A stretch of 64,000 nt of DNA. Source: Pseudomonadota bacterium. GTDB lineage: Bacteria; Pseudomonadota; Alphaproteobacteria; Acetobacterales; Acetobacteraceae. Location of the stretch: assembly GCA_021798575.1 (NCBI GenBank), contig JAJZGI010000004.1, forward strand, positions 845 to 64,844, written 5' to 3'. Below, piece after piece: positions 30,696-38,768 of the stretch. The position numbers were made by a program, and so were the translations under genes. The stretch's first letter is position 1. Every line of letters starts with the position of its first letter. The notes beneath the pieces were generated by a model, which worked only from the letters and a program-made list of their open reading frames with translations, made no database searches and was not told the DNA's origin.

Positions 30696-32456
30696 TTACC
30701 CCAAATTGGTGCGGCGCGTGGCATAGGCATAGAGCGGGCGCCACAAGAGCCGGTTGAACACGATCACGAAGCCCGACATCACGGCCACCCCCAGCACCAC
30801 GCGCGGCGTGTCCCCCGCCGCCGTGGCCTGCGCGATATAAGCACCCAGCCCCTGCGCCACGAGCCTGGCATGGCCCCAGCTTGCGACCTCCGCCACGATC
30901 GAGGCGTTCCACGCCCCACCTGAGGCGGTGATCGCCCCGGTAATGAAATAGGGCAGAATGCCGGGGATCATCACCTTGCGCCACCACAGAAAGCCGCGCA
31001 CCTGAAAATTCGCGACCGCCTCGCGCATATCGCCGGGGAAGGCCGCCGCACCGGCGATCACGTTGAACAGCACGTACCATTGCGTGCCGATCAACATCAA
31101 AGGGGTCAGCCAGATATTCGCGTTCAGGTGAAAATACACGATCGCGACGACGAAGGGTGGAAACAACAGGTTCGCCGGGAAGGCCGCGAGAAACTGCGCA
31201 ACCGGCTGCACCACCCGCGTGGCCCTTGGCCGCAACCCGACCCATACGCCAATCGGCACCCAAACGAGCGAGGCGATGATCATCAATATGATCACCCGGG
31301 TCATCGTGTAGGCGCCCATCAGCAGCGCCGTGCCGAGGTCGCGCCAATGCAGCGTACCCGCGATGAAACCGACAATTTTCGCCGCCGTATAGGCGCTCAG
31401 CACCGCGATCATGGCGTACCAGATGCCATCCAACAAGCGCGAGGGCGGCTGGTTTTCATCCACCTGCACATGCACGCCCGCCCCCAGCCGCAGCCGAAAG
31501 ATATAGCCCATCGCAGCCCCCAGCGTGTCCGAGAACATCCGTAAAAACCGCGTCTGGCGCAGCAGTTTCAGCATCCAGGGCTCCGGCGTGGCCGCGCCGG
31601 CCGTGGTCTCGAACCGGAACTTGCCGGACCACGCCACCAGCGGGCGGAACAGGAGCTGATCGTACAGCAAGATCACCACGAGCATCGCCAGAATTGCGTA
31701 AAAAATCGCCCGGAGGTTCTGCTGCTGCAAGGCGACCGCGACATAGGAGCCGATGCCCGGCAGGGTGAAGGTGGTGTTGCCCACCGTCACCGCCTCGGAG
31801 GCGACCACAAAAAACCAGCCGCCGGACATCGAGAGCATGGTGTTCCAGATCAGCCCCGGCATCGCGAAGGGCACGTCCAGGCGCCAGAATTTCTGCCAGG
31901 ATGAGAGCCGGAAGCTGCGCGCCACCTCTTGCAGGTCATTCGGCAGTGTGGTGAGCGACTGATAGAAGCTGAACGCCATGTTCCAGGCCTGGCTGGTGAA
32001 GATGACGAACACCGAGGCGAGCTCGGCGCCCATCACCTGGCCTGGAAACAGCGCCATGAAAAAGGTGACGGTGAAGGTGAGAAACCCCAGGATCGGCACC
32101 GATTGCAGAATATCCAGAATCGGGATCAGGATCATCCCCGCCCGCCGGCTTTTGGCCGCCAGCGTGGCGTAGGTGAAGGTAAACAGGAACGAGAAAAAAA
32201 GCGCTGCGAACATCCGCGCCGTGGTGCGCAGCGCATAGAATGGCAGGTAGGCGGGGTTGAGGTGGATCGGCGTGTTCTGAATGACCCCGATCGGCGTCGC
32301 GATCGTGCTGCGCCCCACCTCGATCAGCCCGACCAACAGGCCCATCACCAGCAGGCCTGCCACCCCATCCCAACGGTTGGGCAGACGCTGGCCGGTGAGC
32401 GTGCGCCCGGACATACGCTGCCCAGCCAGGGCGGGGAGGGTAAAATTCGTCATCAA
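30696..32456 (-). CDS. ABC transporter permease, duplicated (two fused permease domains)
   Basis: 586 aa with two EAA-like loops (ASEAVTVG...LPGIG and VAEVASWG...AQGLGAYI). Ends 5 nt before the ATPase gene. Confidence 0.85.
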   Translation of the reverse strand: MMTNFTLPALAGQRMSGRTLTGQRLPNRWDGVAGLLVMGLLVGLIEVGRSTIATPIGVIQNTPIHLNPAYLPFYALRTTARMFAALFFSFLFTFTYATLAAKSRRAGMILIPILDILQSVPILGFLTFTVTFFMALFPGQVMGAELASVFVIFTSQAWNMAFSFYQSLTTLPNDLQEVARSFRLSSWQKFWRLDVPFAMPGLIWNTMLSMSGGWFFVVASEAVTVGNTTFTLPGIGSYVAVALQQQNLRAIFYAILAMLVVILLYDQLLFRPLVAWSGKFRFETTAGAATPEPWMLKLLRQTRFLRMFSDTLGAAMGYIFRLRLGAGVHVQVDENQPPSRLLDGIWYAMIAVLSAYTAAKIVGFIAGTLHWRDLGTALLMGAYTMTRVIILMIIASLVWVPIGVWVGLRPRATRVVQPVAQFLAAFPANLLFPPFVVAIVYFHLNANIWLTPLMLIGTQWYVLFNVIAGAAAFPGDMREAVANFQVRGFLWWRKVMIPGILPYFITGAITASGGAWNASIVAEVASWGHARLVAQGLGAYIAQATAAGDTPRVVLGVAVMSGFVIVFNRLLWRPLYAYATRRTNLG

Positions 32457-32576
32457 ACCGCCTGGCGCTAGGAGTTATGCTGCCCCCTTAACCCGCGCCC
32501 GGGGCTTTGTCACCCGGCGCGCCATGGCGTTTATATGACAGCGCGGGAGCGTGCCCGCCCCTGACTGACTCGACTT

Positions 32577-33677
32577 CTATGGGCCCGCCAAAGTGACCGG
32601 CAGGCTAAATATCCGGCCGTTCACGGTGACCAATTTCAGGCTGAAACCACCGCCCGCGATGCCCGACGCAGATGCGGCGGGTAATGAGATGGTCGCCGCA
32701 GCGCCCATACCGCTGACGATCCCGAACGGGCCGGCCTTGAACTGCTGATAGGGGAAGTCGTTCCGGAAGGAGGTTTTTGGCAGTTTTGTCAGGGTGGCCA
32801 TGTTCCAGCGTTCAACCTCCCTGCCATTCTGCATCAAGGATATCAGGACGATGTGCGAGGCTTCCTCCGCTGTGCCGCCATCCAGATAGGCGTGGAACCT
32901 AACCGAGCCATCAGGCAGCAGAACGCCGTCCGCCAGCGCGTAATCATGCCGTGCCGGGCTGACCGGGCCGCTGTGGAAGGCAGAGTAAACTGAACCGCGA
33001 TAGTAGTTATACGTTCCGACATTGAACAGCACGGTAAAAGCAAACAACGCCAGCGCGAGGTTGCGGAAGTTATCCGCTTTCAACGGCAGTGGCAGGCTTC
33101 CGCCCAGCCAGCGGAACCAGCTATTATCGGCGAGACCCGGATTGCGGCGGAGCAGCAAATTATCAAGTGAGTAGGCACCGCTGCCCACCAGCACGAGCGC
33201 CGCGCCCATGCCGAGATTCGCCGCCGCCATCGTCCATTCATCGATACAGGTCGCCCCCTGCCAACCGAACATCAGCATGAGGGAGATCGACAGGCCGATG
33301 GTGACCAGCGCGGCGGCGCGCGTGAACAAACCGGCGATCAGCATGAAGCCCGCGATAAGCTCCAGGCCGCTGAAAATAATGACGCCGGCATACAGCAGGA
33401 CAAAATGATGCAGAAGATAGGCGATGAGTCTGTCCGTGCCCAATAATGCACCTGGCATGGCGGTCTGGAATTTATAGGCCATCCAATGGCCGTGCGGATT
33501 CAGCTTTTGCGGGCCGTAGATGAACCGGCGAGACCCTCCACCCCAGTAGATAAATCCCTGAATGAAGCGCACGGCGAGCAGGCCGATGGCCGCGGCCCTC
33601 CAACCGCTATCGAGGGCTGTTGCGGCGATGGTTTTTATATTGCTTTCCGCAACGGCTGGCGGGGGGATGGCAGACAT
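32577..33677 (-). CDS. doxDA: Fused DoxD-DoxA thiosulfate:quinone oxidoreductase-like membrane protein
   Basis: DoxX/DoxD-like N-terminal half (RFIQGFIYWGGG, four hydrophobic segments), then one more transmembrane segment and a soluble DoxA-like C-terminal half. Start placed at MSAIPPP; the ORF opens at 33845. Confidence 0.7.
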   Translation of the reverse strand: MSAIPPPAVAESNIKTIAATALDSGWRAAAIGLLAVRFIQGFIYWGGGSRRFIYGPQKLNPHGHWMAYKFQTAMPGALLGTDRLIAYLLHHFVLLYAGVIIFSGLELIAGFMLIAGLFTRAAALVTIGLSISLMLMFGWQGATCIDEWTMAAANLGMGAALVLVGSGAYSLDNLLLRRNPGLADNSWFRWLGGSLPLPLKADNFRNLALALFAFTVLFNVGTYNYYRGSVYSAFHSGPVSPARHDYALADGVLLPDGSVRFHAYLDGGTAEEASHIVLISLMQNGREVERWNMATLTKLPKTSFRNDFPYQQFKAGPFGIVSGMGAAATISLPAASASGIAGGGFSLKLVTVNGRIFSLPVTLAGP

Positions 33678-33726
33678 TTGTGTATTCCTGTGCTGGAGGT
33701 AGGCTTGGCGCGTAAAGCAGCTTGCT

Positions 33727-34521
33727 TCAGACAAGGTGAAATGCCGCCGCGTTTTTATAGAGCATATAGACAGCGATGACGCAGACGGTTGCGGCAAATA
33801 TCCGGCCCAGCGTATTTTTGTGGCCAGCCACAAGGCAGGCCACACGCATCCCGGCCCACCCGCCGGCGAACCCGCCGAGGACGAATTCCACGGCGACCGG
33901 CCAGTTGATAAGCCCGGAAACCGCGTAATTCGCCGCCGTCGTCAGCCCGAAGGCTCCGACACCCAGCAAGGAAGACCCGACCGCGAACAGCATCGGCATT
34001 CCGGTTGAAAACAACAGCGCCGGTACGATCAGGAAACCACCGCCGATACCAAAGAAACCCGAAAGCGCGCCAACCACAAAAGCAGAGCAAATGATTTTTG
34101 GAATGGTTTCACGGTTGCAGTAACGCAGATCATCCGAATTTTTTTGAATCGGCTCACTGCTTTTAGCGCGAAACATTTTCGCGGCCACGACAAGCATGAG
34201 AATGGCAAACATAAAAAGCAGCTTTTTACCGTCGAATGACTTACCCAGAAGCGAGCCGAAAAAGGCGCCTATCATGCCAATGACGGCGAAGAGCGCGGCA
34301 CTGCGCCAGCGCACATTGCCATTGCGGAAATGCGAGGCAAAATTAGCGAAGGCGCTGATAGAAACAGTCAGGGCACCCGTGCCGATGGCCTCGTGCGGAG
34401 ATAGCCCGATCACATAAAGCAATAGCGGCGTCGCCATAATCGAGCCACCACCACCGATCAGGCCGAGGGTAAAACCGACAATTCCACCGCATAGAATCGC
34501 CAGGATGGGTTGTGAAAACAA
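33727..34521 (-). CDS. TauE/SafE family sulfite exporter
   Basis: 264 aa with a duplicated 4-TM pattern and GGGGSI and GIGGGF motifs. Confidence 0.85.
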   Translation of the reverse strand: MFSQPILAILCGGIVGFTLGLIGGGGSIMATPLLLYVIGLSPHEAIGTGALTVSISAFANFASHFRNGNVRWRSAALFAVIGMIGAFFGSLLGKSFDGKKLLFMFAILMLVVAAKMFRAKSSEPIQKNSDDLRYCNRETIPKIICSAFVVGALSGFFGIGGGFLIVPALLFSTGMPMLFAVGSSLLGVGAFGLTTAANYAVSGLINWPVAVEFVLGGFAGGWAGMRVACLVAGHKNTLGRIFAATVCVIAVYMLYKNAAAFHLV

Positions 34522-34572
34522 GATTACCGGTACCTATGGTTTATGATGATACGATGCCATGACTCAGGGCAA

Positions 34573-35811
34573 TCACCGGGCAATCATGTGCGGTTTTGCC
34601 AGCCACTCCCGGCCTTTGAGCATACCGTGCCAGTAGAGCGACGGGAGGATTCTGGATTTCAATATCCAGGCGGCGCGGCTGGGTCTCGTCCCGTCATTCA
34701 TCCAGTTGGGGAAAGTCGGCATGATCTTCCCGCCATAGCCAAATTCGGCGAGCACGATCTTACCGCGCTCAACCGTCAGCGGGCAGGAGCCATAGCCGTC
34801 GTAATCGGCAACGGGTGTTCCGCCCGCCAAAGTTGAAAGCACGTTTACCGCCACCACCGGCGCTTGCCTGCGTGCTGCCGCCATTGTCTTCGCGTTGGGT
34901 GTCGAGCAAGCGTCCCCCAGCGCATAGATATTGGGATATTTGACGTGGCGTAGTGTCGCGGGGTCAACATCGATCCACCCGGCCGCATTGGCGAGCGGAC
35001 TGGAGCGGACAAAATCCGGCGCGACCTGCGGTGGCACCGCGTGCAGCATGTCGAAGCCACGTTCGGTGCGATGTATCGTGCCATCAGCAGCCTTGCGCTC
35101 AAACGTCGCGATACAGCGTGGGCCGTCGACCGCGACCAGATTGGAGCCGAACTTCAAATTGATCGCATATTTCTCGACATAGTGCATCAAAGCCGGAACA
35201 TAGGTGGGAACGCCGAACAGCACGCCGCCGGCGTTGTGAAATTCTACTTCGATATTTTTGAGCGACCCGGCATCGCGCCAGATATCGCATGAAAGATACA
35301 TGGCCTTTTGCGGCGCGCCTGCGCATTTGATCGGCATGGCGGGTTGGCTGAACAGCGCGCGGCCCTTTTTGGTTTCCTGCACCAATCTGTGGGTATAAGG
35401 GGCGAGATCGTAGCGATAATTCGAGGTCACGCCATTGGCGCCGAGCGCCTCACCCAACCCGGCAACCGCCGACCAATCGAGCTTGATGCCAGGTGCCGCT
35501 ACCAGAACCCGGTATCGCAGCACACTGCCATCGGCGAGCATGATTTCATCGGCATCCGGGGCAAAGGCTGTTGCCGCCTGCTTCAGCCAAGTAACATTAT
35601 CCGGCATCAAATCCGCGCTCATGCGGCGAGTCTGATCGGGCTTAAAAACGCCCGCACCCACCATCGTCCAGCCGGGCTGGTAGTAATGTTCGGCCGCAGG
35701 CTCCACAGCACAGATCGAGAGCTTCGGGCTGCGTTTCAGCAGGCTGGCAATCATTGCGATGCCCGCAGCGCCTCCGCCGACCACGACGACATCGTATATT
35801 TTAACTTTCAT
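34573..35811 (-). CDS. sqr: Sulfide:quinone oxidoreductase, type II (SQRDL-like)
   Basis: FAD motif VVVVGGGAAG. Cys motifs KCAGAPQK and GDACSTPNAK, characteristic of type II SQR. Confidence 0.85.
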   Translation of the reverse strand: MKVKIYDVVVVGGGAAGIAMIASLLKRSPKLSICAVEPAAEHYYQPGWTMVGAGVFKPDQTRRMSADLMPDNVTWLKQAATAFAPDADEIMLADGSVLRYRVLVAAPGIKLDWSAVAGLGEALGANGVTSNYRYDLAPYTHRLVQETKKGRALFSQPAMPIKCAGAPQKAMYLSCDIWRDAGSLKNIEVEFHNAGGVLFGVPTYVPALMHYVEKYAINLKFGSNLVAVDGPRCIATFERKAADGTIHRTERGFDMLHAVPPQVAPDFVRSSPLANAAGWIDVDPATLRHVKYPNIYALGDACSTPNAKTMAAARRQAPVVAVNVLSTLAGGTPVADYDGYGSCPLTVERGKIVLAEFGYGGKIMPTFPNWMNDGTRPSRAAWILKSRILPSLYWHGMLKGREWLAKPHMIAR

Positions 35812-36241
35812 GGCTGTCCCCGGACAACCCGACCGGCCTCAACCGTGGCGCGATTGAACCGATGTTATAGCCAGCGGCCTCGGCAGTTTTGAGCAATACG
35901 GATGGTTCCATGCGGCCAGATTGCGTCAACGCCCACATCATGGCGGCGCGCCCTCCGCTGCGGCAAAAAGCCAAAACCGGCCCATTCGCTTTTGTGAAAG
36001 CAGCATCCATCTTCTCGACGTCCGCATCGCTGATTGAACCTATCACGACCGGAATATGCACAAAATTGATACCGTAACGTGCTGCTACTGCCGCGATCGT
36101 TGCCGCGTCCGGCTGGCCTGATTCCTCGCCATCTGGCCGGTTGGAGATGATGGTTTTGATGTCAGATGCCACGGCCAGTTCGACATCCTGTTCCGTGATT
36201 TGTGGCGAAACCGCAAACACGGGCGTTATCTGTTTGAACAT
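35801..36241 (-). CDS. DUF442 / TIGR01244-like putative sulfurtransferase (phosphatase-fold)
   Basis: ISNRPDGEE and FCRSGGRA cysteine loop, as in the N-terminal domain of Blh proteins. Start placed at MFKQITP; the longer ORF to 36544 is rejected. Confidence 0.75.
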   Translation of the reverse strand: MFKQITPVFAVSPQITEQDVELAVASDIKTIISNRPDGEESGQPDAATIAAVAARYGINFVHIPVVIGSISDADVEKMDAAFTKANGPVLAFCRSGGRAAMMWALTQSGRMEPSVLLKTAEAAGYNIGSIAPRLRPVGLSGDSHES

Positions 36242-36242
36242 T

Positions 36243-36692
36243 TCATGCTTCCTGTTTTTTCTGTGTGGCCCGCCGCAAGGAGAGAATGATCCGATGCACG
36301 CCCACGCCGACGGCCATCGCGACGACGAACATCGCGGCGGGTAGTGGCCTGATTGCGAGGTCGGCGATCGCCGGGCCAGGGCAGAGCCCGGCGACACCCC
36401 AGCCGACACCAAACAGCACGGCACCGCCGATGAGTTTCGCATCGATGTTTCGTGTCTCAGGCAGATCGAACCGGGGCGCTGCGAATGGCTTGCGCAACCG
36501 GCGCTGGTAGACCCAGGCAAGCGCCATGGGCAGAACGGCGCCACCCATCACGAAGGCCAGCGTATAGTCCCACGCGCCGAAAATATCCAGGAAGGCCCGA
36601 ACGCGCGTGGGGTCAGCCATGCCGGAGACCGCAAGCCCCGCGCCGAAAACAGTGCCTGACAACAGGCCCAGCCCAGCCTGCTTTTCTACCAT
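36243..36692 (-). CDS. YeeE/YedE family half-protein (second of pair)
   Basis: 149 aa with four hydrophobic segments and Gly-rich GVGWGVAGLCPGP. Confidence 0.8.
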   Translation of the reverse strand: MVEKQAGLGLLSGTVFGAGLAVSGMADPTRVRAFLDIFGAWDYTLAFVMGGAVLPMALAWVYQRRLRKPFAAPRFDLPETRNIDAKLIGGAVLFGVGWGVAGLCPGPAIADLAIRPLPAAMFVVAMAVGVGVHRIILSLRRATQKKQEA

Positions 36693-37114
36693 GTCGCGCC
36701 CACCTTACGCAGCAGTGCGACGGTGACCACGCCCGCCGCCATGAAACACGCCGTGGCGACCGCTGAGCGCGGCGAGAGCCGCGAGAGGCCACACACGCCA
36801 TGCCCGCTGGTGCAACCCGAGCCCAGCCGCGTGCCGAACCCCACGAGCAGGCCGCCGCCGATCAAAAATATGGGCGATGCGGGGAAACGGGTGACAACGC
36901 CCCCGGAAAGCCACTCCACCATGGCAGCACCCGATGGCAGACCGACCAGGAACGCCGCCGCTAAAATCCACGGCGGGCCACCGGAAAACCCTAATCCCCG
37001 CGCTGCTAAACCGCTGACGCCGGCGATGCGCCCATTGCCCAGCAGCATGATCACGGCGGCGAGACCGATCATCAACCCGCCCAAAAAACCTTGCAGCGGC
37101 ATCGGGGGCATCAC
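36686..37114 (-). CDS. YeeE/YedE family half-protein (first of pair)
   Basis: 142 aa with a GCTSGHGVCGLSRLS motif. 4-nt overlap with the upstream dioxygenase gene. Confidence 0.8.
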   Translation of the reverse strand: MMPPMPLQGFLGGLMIGLAAVIMLLGNGRIAGVSGLAARGLGFSGGPPWILAAAFLVGLPSGAAMVEWLSGGVVTRFPASPIFLIGGGLLVGFGTRLGSGCTSGHGVCGLSRLSPRSAVATACFMAAGVVTVALLRKVGATW

Positions 37115-38040
37115 AGCGTATCCAGTGGGATTTTGAGGTATCGCGTGCCATTCGATTCCGGCTCGGGCAGATGCCCGGCCCGCATATTCACCTGCACCGC
37201 CGGAAAAATGAGTTTTGGCATCCCGAGAGTCGCGTCCCGCGCATTGCGCATCGTGACAAAACTGTTTTCATCCACGCCCCGATGCACATGCACGTTCGCG
37301 GTTCTCTGCGCGCCGATCGTGGTCTCCCAGACAAACACATCCCGCCCCGCCGCCTTATAGTCGTGGCAGAGAAAAACCCTTGTCTGCTCAGGCAACAACA
37401 ACAATCGGCGGATGGAGCGGTAGAGCTGCCGCGCATCCCCGCCCGGAAAATCCGCGCGAGCCGTTCCGTAATCCGGCATGAACAACGTATCACCACAAAA
37501 CACCGCATCGCCGATCACGAATGCCATATCAGCGGGCGTATGACCCGGCACGTGCAACGCTACCGCCTCGATCCCACCAACGCTAAACCGGTCGCCATCA
37601 TCGAACAGCCGGTCAAACTCGGCACCATCGCAGGCATACTCGGTCCCCGCATTGAAGATTTTTCTGAAAACATTTTGAACCTCGATGATCTGCCGCCCGA
37701 TGGCGAGCACACCGCCCAGCGCCTTCTGAAGATACGGTGCGGCCGATAGATGATCTGCGTGCGCGTGGGTCTCCAGCAACCAGTCAACGCCCAGCCCCTC
37801 GGCGCGCACGTAGGCGATCAGAGCGTCCGCCGAGCGCGTTGAAATTCGTCCGGCGGCGGCGTCAAAGTCCAGCACGCTGTCGATGATCGCGGCACGCTTC
37901 GTCACCGGGTCGTGGACGATATGGCTCGCCGTGTTCGTCGGCTCATCGAAAAACGACCTGACAGAGAGCATGCGCTCGCCACGCGCTGCCCGTACCAGCG
38001 CCGCCGCGTCATGCATATTTGCATCAGCTTTTATCACCAC
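37111..38040 (-). CDS. MBL-fold persulfide dioxygenase-like protein (ETHE1/Blh-type)
   Basis: HAHADH metal motif and an N-terminal FFDEPTNTASHIVHDP...AIIDSVLDFD pattern typical of bacterial persulfide dioxygenases. The start is either GTG 38040 (GAGAG upstream) or ATG 37971. Confidence 0.8.
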   Translation of the reverse strand: MVIKADANMHDAAALVRAARGERMLSVRSFFDEPTNTASHIVHDPVTKRAAIIDSVLDFDAAAGRISTRSADALIAYVRAEGLGVDWLLETHAHADHLSAAPYLQKALGGVLAIGRQIIEVQNVFRKIFNAGTEYACDGAEFDRLFDDGDRFSVGGIEAVALHVPGHTPADMAFVIGDAVFCGDTLFMPDYGTARADFPGGDARQLYRSIRRLLLLPEQTRVFLCHDYKAAGRDVFVWETTIGAQRTANVHVHRGVDENSFVTMRNARDATLGMPKLIFPAVQVNMRAGHLPEPESNGTRYLKIPLDTL

Positions 38041-38123
38041 CGGACAATACTCTCATAGTTATATATAACATGTATATATGTAAATAACTTGCGTCAAGCG
38101 CATTTAACTGGCATCGCATCAGA

Positions 38124-38768
38124 ATGGACGAAACAACAGAATCTCCCCGTCAACCTCCGCCAAAACCGCTCAGAATCGGCGATAAGGCGCCGAATTTCCG
38201 CGCCCGCACGACCATGGGGGAAATGTCGCTCAGTGATTTCAAGGGCCGATGGCTGGTTTTTTTCTCCCACCCGGCAGATTTTACGCCCGTTTGCACGAGC
38301 GAATTCGTCGCCCTCACCAAGGCCAGCGAACGCTTTGCCGCCCTCGGCTGTGCATTGCTCGGCCTCTCTGTCGATAGCCTCTATGCACATCTGGCCTGGG
38401 TGCGGGCGATCCGCGATCTTTTCGGCGTTCTGATACCCTTCCCTATCGTGGAGGACCCTTCGATGGCGGTCGGCCGCGCCTATGGCATGATCGATGACGA
38501 CGCGACGGACAGCGCCGCGGTGCGGGCGGCCTATTTCATCGACCCCACGGGCGTGGTCCGCGCCATGACCTGGTATCCGATGAATGTCGGTCGATCTGTC
38601 GAGGAGATGCTGAGGCTGCTGGCCGCCCTGCAACGCACGCAGGCGCAGGATGTGCTGGCGCCGGAGGGCTGGCAGCCTGGCCAGGGCCTGCTGCTCCCGC
38701 CGCTGCAATCGCAAGCGGACCAGCTCGATACACCAGACTGGTTCTACCGCTTGAGGCCGGACAGATGA
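38124..38768 (+). CDS. 1-Cys peroxiredoxin (Prx6-like)
   Basis: FSHPADFTPVCTSEF peroxidatic motif. No C-terminal resolving VCP motif. Confidence 0.88.
   Translation: MDETTESPRQPPPKPLRIGDKAPNFRARTTMGEMSLSDFKGRWLVFFSHPADFTPVCTSEFVALTKASERFAALGCALLGLSVDSLYAHLAWVRAIRDLFGVLIPFPIVEDPSMAVGRAYGMIDDDATDSAAVRAAYFIDPTGVVRAMTWYPMNVGRSVEEMLRLLAALQRTQAQDVLAPEGWQPGQGLLLPPLQSQADQLDTPDWFYRLRPDR

Noticed and set aside
32457-32576. Island boundary signals (att-like direct repeats, tRNA, integrase) around the lower-GC block
   Set aside because: None was seen at either edge (32.5 kb or 47.9 kb). There is only an imperfect GC-rich hairpin, which is more simply a terminator for the doxDA operon.
35801-36544. N-terminally extended versions of several ORFs: 35801-36544, 43223-44002, 58531-59376, 32577-33845, 47756-49246 and 55396-58281
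   Set aside because: The extensions overlap upstream genes or AT-rich spacers and lack coding bias. Internal ATGs with ribosome-binding sites give products that match family N-termini.
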